Positions 25,486 through 33,324 of a stretch of DNA of 64,000 bases are shown here, in pieces; position 1 is the stretch's first letter, and each line of letters begins with the position of its first letter. The translations under genes were made by a program, and so were the position numbers. Origin of the DNA: Vulcanimicrobiota bacterium (GTDB taxonomy: Bacteria > Vulcanimicrobiota > Vulcanimicrobiia > Eremiobacterales > Eremiobacteraceae); contig CAWETU010000001.1 of assembly GCA_963812135.1 (NCBI GenBank), forward strand, positions 256,001 through 320,000, read 5' to 3'. The notes below the pieces were generated by a model that had not been told where the DNA came from, made no database searches, and saw only the letters and a program-made list of their open reading frames with translations.

Positions 25486-26222
25486 CCGACCGTTCGTCCG
25501 AGCAACGGCACCAGGCGAAACGACTTCACGCTCGGCCGTTTGCCGTTGCCTAAGTCCAATTCGAGGCTGCCGGCATTTTCCGCGTACGCACCCGCGTGGA
25601 CGATCGGCACGCCCGCGACAATCTCGGGATCGCGCAGCGTGTGGTGGCTATGGCCGCCGATGATCGCGCCGATGCTCGGATACGCGCGCGCAAGCTCGCG
25701 ATCGGCGTCGAGCCCCAAGTGCGAGAGCACGAGCGTGACGTCTATGCCGTCGTCCGGCGTGAGCAGCTCATCCATCGCCGCTTGCACGGATAAGAATCGC
25801 CAGCCGAAGACCGTCTCCCAGCCGCTTCCCGTGCGATATTGCGGCGCGAGCAGCGCGAGCAGGCGAACGCGCGCCCCGCCCGCCTCCACGACGAGCGAGC
25901 GCCGATACGGCGGCGTCCGGTCGCGCAGATCGAGTAGATTCGAGCAGATCATGGGCATGGGCATGGCTTTGGCGCGCGCCTCGAACCAGGCGTGGACATA
26001 GTGGAACTCGCGGTTGCCGACCGCTTGCGCGCGATACGGCGCCGCAGCGAACTCGCTCGTCACGGGCTCGACTCGCCGGTAGAGCGTCGACGAGCCGCTC
26101 AGGCTGTCGCCGCAATCCACGAGCAGCGCCGAGGGTTCGACGAGCGCGGCGAGCTTGCGGCCGAAACCGCGGCGCCCGTGCACGTCGGCGGTGTGGTAGA
26201 CGACGAGCGTGCCGGCGCTCAT
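25482..26222 (-). CDS. Calcineurin-like metallophosphoesterase (5'-nucleotidase/UshA N-terminal domain only)
   Basis: HTADVHG, DCGD, GNREF, LSHLG, GGHSH; 246 aa, no signal peptide, no C-terminal nucleotide-binding domain. Confidence 0.85.
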   Translation of the reverse strand: MSAGTLVVYHTADVHGRRGFGRKLAALVEPSALLVDCGDSLSGSSTLYRRVEPVTSEFAAAPYRAQAVGNREFHYVHAWFEARAKAMPMPMICSNLLDLRDRTPPYRRSLVVEAGGARVRLLALLAPQYRTGSGWETVFGWRFLSVQAAMDELLTPDDGIDVTLVLSHLGLDADRELARAYPSIGAIIGGHSHHTLRDPEIVAGVPIVHAGAYAENAGSLELDLGNGKRPSVKSFRLVPLLGRTVG

Positions 26223-27388
26223 GCGGGCTGCGCCGTCTCCATCGTCGCGGCGACGAAGCGGGCGATCCGCGCGAGCGAATCCGGCGGCCCGAGCACCGTG
26301 CGCAGGGCCGCATAACCGCGCAGCTGCGATTCGCGCTCGGCGCTGTCGGTGAGCAGCGCAGTCGTGCGTTCGACGAGATGCTCGGGCGTCAAGTCATCCT
26401 GCAGCAATTCGGGGACGACGCTTCGGCCGAGCAACAGATTCGGCAGGGTGAGCGGCCCGCGGACGAACTGCGGCACCCGGCGTTGCGCGATGCGATATTG
26501 TGCGCGACTGATCGCGTAGAAAGCGATTTGCGGCACCGCACGCAGCGCCGTTTCCAACACCGCAGTGCCGGACGCCACCCACGCCAGGTCGGTGGCGAGC
26601 ATGGCATCTTGGATCGCGGCGCCGCGCGCGATGACCGGCCGGCCGGCGCTCATCCGTGGCCAGCATCGCTCGATCTGCCGGGCGCGCGCCTCCGAAGCGC
26701 CGGCGATGACAAACGTCGCGCGCACGCTCGCGGTCAGCATCGACGCCGCTGACGCAAGACGCGGCAGCATGAGGTCGATCTCTTCGCGCCGGCTGCCCGG
26801 GAATATGACGATCCGCGGACCGTCGGCCGGCTCGAGTTCCAACTGTGCCGGCCACTGCGCCGCTCGAGTCACGCGCGGCGCGATCGCCGAGACCAGTGGA
26901 TGGCCGAAAAATTCGCAGCGCAGGCCGAGCCGGTGATAGAAATCGCGCTGGCGCGCAAACGGCGTGAGCGGTATCGCGACGCGCGCGACCTCACGCGCCT
27001 GCCGCTCGTTGTCGAGCCATGCGCCCGGCGGGAAATAATAGACGATGGTGCCGCGATAGCCATCGTGGCGCAGCTGCTGCGCCAACCGCAGATTGAACGC
27101 GCCGAAATCGACGGGAAGGATGACGCGCGGCGGGTCGCGGCGCAGCGCGGACGCGTATCGGCGCATGGTCACGTAGAGTCCCGGGATCTTCGCAATTGCG
27201 GACACCGGCCCGATGCTGGCCCACTCGGCCGAGTCGGCGCTGACGCGCGCGCCCGCCGCGCGCAGCCGTTCTGACCCGATCGCCTCGGCCGTCGTATCCG
27301 GCCGCAACCCGCGCAGCTCCGTCAAGAGCAGTGACGCCTGGAGATCGCCTGACGCTTCGCCGGCGCTTAAGAAGATGTCTGAGCTCAC
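26219..27388 (-). CDS. lpxB: Lipid-A-disaccharide synthase
   Basis: AGEASGD, DFGAFN, GHPL, FPGSRREEI, SGTAVLE, LPNLL, PELLQ. Confidence 0.92.
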   Translation of the reverse strand: MSSDIFLSAGEASGDLQASLLLTELRGLRPDTTAEAIGSERLRAAGARVSADSAEWASIGPVSAIAKIPGLYVTMRRYASALRRDPPRVILPVDFGAFNLRLAQQLRHDGYRGTIVYYFPPGAWLDNERQAREVARVAIPLTPFARQRDFYHRLGLRCEFFGHPLVSAIAPRVTRAAQWPAQLELEPADGPRIVIFPGSRREEIDLMLPRLASAASMLTASVRATFVIAGASEARARQIERCWPRMSAGRPVIARGAAIQDAMLATDLAWVASGTAVLETALRAVPQIAFYAISRAQYRIAQRRVPQFVRGPLTLPNLLLGRSVVPELLQDDLTPEHLVERTTALLTDSAERESQLRGYAALRTVLGPPDSLARIARFVAATMETAQPA

Positions 27389-27404
27389 CGGCGGCGGCCG
27401 CCCG

Positions 27405-28265
27405 TCAGTCCGATGAGGGTGCTTCCTCGGCTTCAGGGGCGCGGCCGCGCCCGATGGCGCGCGTCGTGAAACCGCGCTGCGAGCCGTTGAGGAAGAACGC
27501 CACCAGCTCTTTGCCTTCCTCGGTTGTCACGCGATCGCGCAGCCGCTCGACCGCGCCGGACAACGTCTGGTCGCCCATATAGATGGCGCGGTACGCTTCT
27601 TTGAGCTCCGTCTGCGCTTGCGCGGACACGTTCTGGCGCTTCAGGCCGACGCGATTAAGTCCGCGCACCCACGCCGGATTGCCCTCGACTAGCATGAACG
27701 GCGGGCAGTCCTTGAGCACCTTGCTGCGGCCGCCGATGAATGCGAGCCTGCCGATGCGCACGAACTGATGCACGCCGACCATGCCCGAGAGATTGGCGCC
27801 GTCGCCGACGATGCAGTGGCCCGCGAGCTGCGTGAGATTCGACATGACGACGCTGTCGCCGATGCGGCAATCGTGCGCGATGTGAACATACGCGAGCAGA
27901 TGGCAATCCGACCCGATCGTCGTCTCGGACTGCGGCTCGGTGCCGCGGTTGACGGTGACGTACTCGCGGATCTGATTGCGGTCGCCGATGCGCACGTAGG
28001 ACACGTCGCCGCGGAACTTCTTGTCCTGCGACGTGCCGCCGATCACCGCGAACGGATGGATGACGTTCTCGGCGCCGATCTCCGTGTGGCCCTGCACGAC
28101 GACGTTGGCCAAGAGCTTGGTCCCATCACCGATGGACGCGTTCTTGCCGACGATGCAATACGGGCCGATCTCGACGTCGCGACCGATGCGCGCGCCCGGA
28201 TGCACGACCGCGGTCGCATGGACGTTGAGCGTGTGGATGCTGACGGAGTAGCCCGGCTTGCTCAT
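27405..28265 (-). CDS. lpxA: UDP-N-acetylglucosamine O-acyltransferase
   Basis: Hexapeptide repeats; QDKKF, IREYVTVNRGT, HIAHDC, LAGH, VHQF, GLNRVGLKR. Confidence 0.96.
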   Translation of the reverse strand: MSKPGYSVSIHTLNVHATAVVHPGARIGRDVEIGPYCIVGKNASIGDGTKLLANVVVQGHTEIGAENVIHPFAVIGGTSQDKKFRGDVSYVRIGDRNQIREYVTVNRGTEPQSETTIGSDCHLLAYVHIAHDCRIGDSVVMSNLTQLAGHCIVGDGANLSGMVGVHQFVRIGRLAFIGGRSKVLKDCPPFMLVEGNPAWVRGLNRVGLKRQNVSAQAQTELKEAYRAIYMGDQTLSGAVERLRDRVTTEEGKELVAFFLNGSQRGFTTRAIGRGRAPEAEEAPSSD

Positions 28266-28272
28266 GCCGGCG

Positions 28273-28746
28273 TCACATGTCGAGGATGGTGGCGTCGAGC
28301 TGGAACAGCCGCGAGTCCGTCACCACCGAGAACATCAGCAGCGCGCTGCATACCACTTGGTCGTCGACGCGCGATTCCGCTTGCAGGCAGCCGTACGTCC
28401 TGCGCAGCCACTGCACGCTTACTTCCATCATGAGCCGGTCGCCCGGCAGCACGGGCCGGCGGAAGCGCACTTTGTCGACGCCGGCGAGATACGGCACCGA
28501 CGTCGTCGCCGCTTTTGGTTCGAGGATCACGGTGCCGCCGAGCTGCGCCATCGCTTCGATGATGAAGATGCCGGGCATCACCGGATTGTTGGGGAAATGA
28601 CCTTGGAAGAACGGTTCGTTGATCGTGACGTTCTTGAAGCCCGCGGCGCGCTTGAGCGGCTCGAGCTCGGTGATGCGGTCGAGCAGCAGCATCGGATAGC
28701 GATGCGGCAATGTCTCCATGATGCGCCGGATGTCGATGTCAGCCAT
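28273..28746 (-). CDS. fabZ: 3-hydroxyacyl-ACP dehydratase
   Basis: LPHRYPMLLLD, FFQGHFP..PVMPG..IIEAMAQ, FRRPVLPGD. Confidence 0.96.
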   Translation of the reverse strand: MADIDIRRIMETLPHRYPMLLLDRITELEPLKRAAGFKNVTINEPFFQGHFPNNPVMPGIFIIEAMAQLGGTVILEPKAATTSVPYLAGVDKVRFRRPVLPGDRLMMEVSVQWLRRTYGCLQAESRVDDQVVCSALLMFSVVTDSRLFQLDATILDM

Positions 28747-28755
28747 AGCGGACCC

Positions 28756-29592
28756 CTAACCAGCTGCCGGCGCGAGCATCGCGCGCAACGCGCGCGCGGC
28801 GGCCACGTGCAGCGCGTGTCCGGATTTGATCGCGATGACGCGCGCGCGCAGATACATGCCGATCAGCGCGAAATCGCCGATCAGGTCGAGCGCTTTATGG
28901 CGCACGACCTCGTCTGGGAAGCGCAGCTCGCTCATGTAGCCGTCGGTGTCGATCACCACGGCGTTGTCGAGCGAGCCGCCGCGCGCGAGACCGGCCGCCG
29001 CCAGCGCTTCGATCTCGTGCTTGAAACCAAACGTGCGATTCGGCGCGATCTCGCGCAAGAAGTAGTCCGGCGTGATCGGCGGCGTCGCCAGGAATTGATG
29101 GCCGACCGGCTCGGGGAACGAGACGAAGAAGCTGATCGAGAACTCGTCCGCGGGCAATATCGCGAGCAGCTTGTCGTCGTCTTCAAACCAGACGGGTTCG
29201 CGCAGCTCGAGCACGCGTCGCGCCGCGGGTTGCTCGACCACGCCCGCTTCGACGATGGCGCGCGCGAAGGGCAACGCGCTGCCGTCGAGGATCGGCACTT
29301 CGTCTCCCTGGACCGCGATCGTGGCGTTGTCGACGCCCATGCCGGTGAGCGCCGCGAGCACGTGCTCGACCGTGTTCACGACGCCGCGCTCGGAACCAAG
29401 CGTGGTGCAACGCACGGTCGACCGTACCGCATCGGGCGTCGCCGCGATGCGCTCGCCGTCGGCCAGCACAAATGAAAAACCGGCATTCGCCGGCGCTGGC
29501 CCCACGGTCACGGCACTAGCGCCACCGGTGTGCAGACCGACACCGCGCAACGTGAAATCTCGGGCCAGCGTATGCTGCTTGTCGAAGGTCAC
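28756..29592 (-). CDS. lpxC: UDP-3-O-acyl-GlcNAc deacetylase
   Basis: GVGLHTG, TVEHVLAAL, EVPILDGSA, RTFGF, GGSLDNA, HKALDLIGD, SGH. Confidence 0.96.
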   Translation of the reverse strand: MTFDKQHTLARDFTLRGVGLHTGGASAVTVGPAPANAGFSFVLADGERIAATPDAVRSTVRCTTLGSERGVVNTVEHVLAALTGMGVDNATIAVQGDEVPILDGSALPFARAIVEAGVVEQPAARRVLELREPVWFEDDDKLLAILPADEFSISFFVSFPEPVGHQFLATPPITPDYFLREIAPNRTFGFKHEIEALAAAGLARGGSLDNAVVIDTDGYMSELRFPDEVVRHKALDLIGDFALIGMYLRARVIAIKSGHALHVAAARALRAMLAPAAG

Positions 29593-29607
29593 GACGGCAC
29601 GTCGGCC

Positions 29608-30648
29608 CTACCGGCGCTTGCGCAGTTCCGCCACTGCGTCCATGAGTTCGCGCACTTGGTCGAACAGCTTAGGCAGTTTTCGGAAGCTAACCTTCTGCGC
29701 CATCTCTTCGCGGATCGGCAACGCGGGCGTGCCCCACACTTTCGAATTCGGCGGCAGATCCGAGGTGATGCCGGTCTGCCCGCCGGCGATGGTCATGTCG
29801 CCGACCGTGATGTGACCGTTCACGCCGACTTGGCCCGCGAACGTGACGAGCGCGCCGACGTCGGTCGAACCGGCGATGCCGACTTGCGCGCACAGCGTGC
29901 TGTCTTCGCCGATCGTGCAATTATGCCCGATCTGCACCAGATTGTCGATCTTCGTGCCGCTGCCGACGACGGTCGATCCGGTGACCGCGCGATCGATCGC
30001 GCTGCACGCGCCGATCTCGACGCGATCGCCGACGACGACGTTGCCGATCTGCGGGATCTTGATCTGCTCCTTGCCCACGCGCACGAAACCGAAACCGTCC
30101 GCGCCGATGACGCAGTTCGCGTGCAGGATGCAGTCGTCGCCGACCACGCAATCGTCCAGCACGCACGCGCGCGGATGGAGCAGCGTGCGCTTGCCGATCG
30201 ACGCATTGCGCCCGACGTACGCGCCCGCCATGATGATCGCGCCGTCGTCCAGCCGAGCGCCCGAGGACACGACCGCTCCCGCGCCGATGAACACGTCCTT
30301 GCCGCGTTCGACGCCGTCGTCGACGACGGCGCTCGGGTGCGTGAACGGTCCGCGCGGCAGCGGCGGCGCGAACGATGCGAGGATCGCGGCCAACGCGGCG
30401 CGCACGTCGCGCGCCAAGACGAGCGATTTGCCGTTCCGGTCGATGCCGGCGGCGGTGTCGGGGACGATGACCGCTGCAGCGCGCGACGCGATCGCTCGGG
30501 CGATCCAGCGATCGTCGACCGCGAAGGTGAGCGTGCCGGGCGCCGCTTCGTCGACCGACGAGACGCGCTCGATCACGAGGCCTTCTTCGCCCGCGACCGT
30601 TGCGCCGGCGATCGCGGCCAAATCGCCGAGGCGGCGCGATGCCGTCAC
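29608..30648 (-). CDS. lpxD: UDP-3-O-(3-hydroxyacyl)glucosamine N-acyltransferase
   Basis: IGADGFGF, KIPQIG, IDRA, KIDNLVQIGHN; hexapeptide repeats. Confidence 0.95.
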   Translation of the reverse strand: MTASRRLGDLAAIAGATVAGEEGLVIERVSSVDEAAPGTLTFAVDDRWIARAIASRAAAVIVPDTAAGIDRNGKSLVLARDVRAALAAILASFAPPLPRGPFTHPSAVVDDGVERGKDVFIGAGAVVSSGARLDDGAIIMAGAYVGRNASIGKRTLLHPRACVLDDCVVGDDCILHANCVIGADGFGFVRVGKEQIKIPQIGNVVVGDRVEIGACSAIDRAVTGSTVVGSGTKIDNLVQIGHNCTIGEDSTLCAQVGIAGSTDVGALVTFAGQVGVNGHITVGDMTIAGGQTGITSDLPPNSKVWGTPALPIREEMAQKVSFRKLPKLFDQVRELMDAVAELRKRR

Positions 30649-30658
30649 CGTCGAGCGC

Positions 30659-31084
30659 CTATTTCGGCGTCGGCGACGGCGGCGTGATCTTCAGCGCTTT
30701 TTCGACATCGGTCGTGATATCGTCGCCGCCGTACGCCGTGCCTTCCCGGGTCACGACCATCTGATAGTTCTTCTGCTTGGCGATGTCGGTGACAGCGGCG
30801 CGTACTTCGCCCGTGACCTTCTCGTTCCAGGCCTTCTCTTGCGCCTGGAATTGGGCGAGCTGTTTGCGCTTGTCGGCCGCGCTGATCCGGCTCTGCGAAA
30901 TCGCTTGGTAGTTGGCTTGCAGCTGGTTGAAATAGTTCTGGAACTCCGGCCAGTTCTGTTCGACCTCGGTGACCCGCACGACGGCGATGCGCGAATGGCT
31001 CTGCGCGCAGCCGCCGACGGCGACCGCAGCGACGAGCGCGACGGCGGCGAACGAACAGCGTTTGAGTGTGTGTGTCACGATCAA
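30659..31084 (-). CDS. OmpH/Skp-like small lipoprotein
   Basis: Lipobox-like VGGC; IAVV, helical middle, YGGDDITTDV C-terminus. Start may be GTG 31078. Confidence 0.75.
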   Translation of the reverse strand: MIVTHTLKRCSFAAVALVAAVAVGGCAQSHSRIAVVRVTEVEQNWPEFQNYFNQLQANYQAISQSRISAADKRKQLAQFQAQEKAWNEKVTGEVRAAVTDIAKQKNYQMVVTREGTAYGGDDITTDVEKALKITPPSPTPK

Positions 31085-32511
31085 CTCCCAGATGGTGATG
31101 GCGTAGTGGATGAGGGGACTTCCGGTGCGGAGGATGACGACGACGGCACGACCGCAGGCAGCGCGGCGATCGCCTTGACGACTTGGTCGGTGATATCGAT
31201 CGCTTTGCCGGCGCCGCGGACGTTGGTGAACACGACGGCGAGTCCGTCGTTGCGCGCGACGCTGCCGATCTGCGACTGCACCTGATCCACGATCTTGGCG
31301 TAGAGATCGCGGCGCTGCGCCGCCAGCGTCTGCGCCTCGTCGCCGAGCGCGACGTCGTCCTGGAACTGCATGTGCGCGATGGCGCTGTACTTCTGCACGA
31401 GCTGCTTGCGCGTCTGCTGATACGACGTCAGCGCTTTTTGGAATTCGGCGGTGTATTGCGCCTGGTTCTCGTTGTGGATCTTGTCGATCTGCGCGCGCTC
31501 TTTCGGGTTCTTCGCGATGGCGGCATTCGCGTTGGCCACCTGCTGCTGGTATTGCGTGCCGATCCCAGAGAGCTGCGTCCGCAGCTGTTCGTTGGTCTGC
31601 TTCTGGCGCGCCTGCAGCTTATCGTTGGTGTCCTTCATCGACGCGAGCCGCGCCTTGTTGTAGCGCGCAGCGGCGTCGCGCTGCAGCGTGTCCTCATACG
31701 TCTTCAGGTCGGCGTTGTCGCGCGTCTTGAGCTGGTTGATCATCGCCTCTTCGCGCGTCTCGATGTTCGCGAGCTGGCTCTCGACCTGCTGGCGGTCCGT
31801 CGGTGACAGGTTGAGGTTTTCGAGCTGCGCTTTGAGGTTGAGACGCTGGCTCTGGCTCTGTTTGGCCAGACTGATCTGATAGTCGGTCTCTTGCTTCTCG
31901 AGCTGCGCGCGCCGCGCGCCGATCTTCAGACCGACCTCTTGCTGGAGTTGGCGCGCCACTTGCTGCAGATGCTGGTTATCCGCCTGGAACAACTGCTTCT
32001 GGTAGTCGGTGAACGCCTTCATCGCATCGGTTTGGATCTTCTGCGCCTGGACGCCGAGCTGCTGGCCGATCGGCGCCGACCCGCCCGACGCCTGGGCTTG
32101 CAACGCGGCCATGGCCGCAGCTTCGCGCTGGCCGTAGTACGTGCGCCGCGCGTTCATCTGCGTTTGGAACTGCTGGTCTGCGACCGCCAGCTGCGCTTCC
32201 ATATCCGCTTGCGCTTGGCGCTGCACGTCGGTCTGCGGCACCGGCGCGTTTTGCGCCTGGCCGTTGAGCAGCGTGATCTGCGCCTGCAGCGTGTCCAGTT
32301 CGGTATGCAGCGGATGCGCTTCGACGACTTTGTCGAGGTCGACATACCCCGCGCCGCCGCCGCGGCTCCCGAACGGCGACGCGCCGTGCGTGCAGCCCGC
32401 CAACGCGAGCGCGACGCACGCCGCGACCGCGATCGCTCGTATGGAGCGCTCCGTGCGAGCGCTATCGTGTGCCGGCCGAGCCTTGCGAGCTCGGAGATCC
32501 AAGTCCACCAA
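31081..32511 (-). CDS. Elongated OmpH/Skp-like coiled-coil lipoprotein
   Basis: LAGC lipobox; GYVDLDKVV N-terminal and IDITDQVVKAI C-terminal Skp motifs flank ~330 aa of Gln/Ala-rich coiled coil. Confidence 0.7.
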   Translation of the reverse strand: MVDLDLRARKARPAHDSARTERSIRAIAVAACVALALAGCTHGASPFGSRGGGAGYVDLDKVVEAHPLHTELDTLQAQITLLNGQAQNAPVPQTDVQRQAQADMEAQLAVADQQFQTQMNARRTYYGQREAAAMAALQAQASGGSAPIGQQLGVQAQKIQTDAMKAFTDYQKQLFQADNQHLQQVARQLQQEVGLKIGARRAQLEKQETDYQISLAKQSQSQRLNLKAQLENLNLSPTDRQQVESQLANIETREEAMINQLKTRDNADLKTYEDTLQRDAAARYNKARLASMKDTNDKLQARQKQTNEQLRTQLSGIGTQYQQQVANANAAIAKNPKERAQIDKIHNENQAQYTAEFQKALTSYQQTRKQLVQKYSAIAHMQFQDDVALGDEAQTLAAQRRDLYAKIVDQVQSQIGSVARNDGLAVVFTNVRGAGKAIDITDQVVKAIAALPAVVPSSSSSAPEVPSSTTPSPSGS

Positions 32512-32514
32512 CCG

Positions 32515-33309
32515 CTACTTGATCAGCGCGAGCACGTCTGACGTCACGTCGGTGCCCCCGTAGACGCGGTCGGCCTGATCCACCACGAGCAGCAGCTTCT
32601 TCTTTTTCGCGACGTCGGAGATGGCTTTTTGGATCTCGTCGTTGAGCGGCTGGATGTCTTTCTTCTGCTCGTCCTTGAGCTGGTTGTTGAACTGCTGGAC
32701 GATCGCAACTTGCTCGGCCTGGCTCTTGCCGGCGAGTTGCTTGTTGAGATCCTGGCCGAGACGCGTCCGCGCGGCCTGGAACGCATCGGCTGCAGCCTTC
32801 GCCTTCGGCAACGCGTCGATCTGCGTCTGATCCACGTAGCCGATCGAGGACGGCGGCGGCGTCTGCACCGGCGGCACGATGACGCCTTGCTGGCCGATCG
32901 TCGTGAGCACGTCCTTGGTGATATCCTGGCCGCCGAAGATCACGATCTGCTTGTCGACCACGATGCTCAGGCTCTTCTGCGCAGCGACGAGCGCGATCGC
33001 GGTTTGCGCGCGGCCGAGCAGCGGGTCGAACATCTCGTGCTGTTTGGCGGCGAGCCGCTGGTTGAAGTCGGCGTAGATGCGCTGCTGATCCGACTGGCTC
33101 TTGCCTTTGATCGCCGCTTGGAACTCGCGCGCGGTCGTGTCGCGGAACTGCGAGAACTGCTGCTGCGCGGCGACGAATTGCGGCAAGCTGCCGATGGCGG
33201 CTTGATCGACGAACCCGATGTCGAGCACGTCGGTCGCGAGGGCCTGCGGGGCGAGCGCTATGGCGGCGACGATCGCGAACGCGATCGCCGAAACGAAGCG
33301 TATGTGCAT
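32515..33309 (-). CDS. Tandem two-domain OmpH/Skp chaperone
   Basis: Two repeats: IGFVDQ...FGGQDITKDVL and IGYVDQ...YGGTDVTSDVL. Confidence 0.85.
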   Translation of the reverse strand: MHIRFVSAIAFAIVAAIALAPQALATDVLDIGFVDQAAIGSLPQFVAAQQQFSQFRDTTAREFQAAIKGKSQSDQQRIYADFNQRLAAKQHEMFDPLLGRAQTAIALVAAQKSLSIVVDKQIVIFGGQDITKDVLTTIGQQGVIVPPVQTPPPSSIGYVDQTQIDALPKAKAAADAFQAARTRLGQDLNKQLAGKSQAEQVAIVQQFNNQLKDEQKKDIQPLNDEIQKAISDVAKKKKLLLVVDQADRVYGGTDVTSDVLALIK

Positions 33310-33324
33310 TGTCTTATGGTTCTC

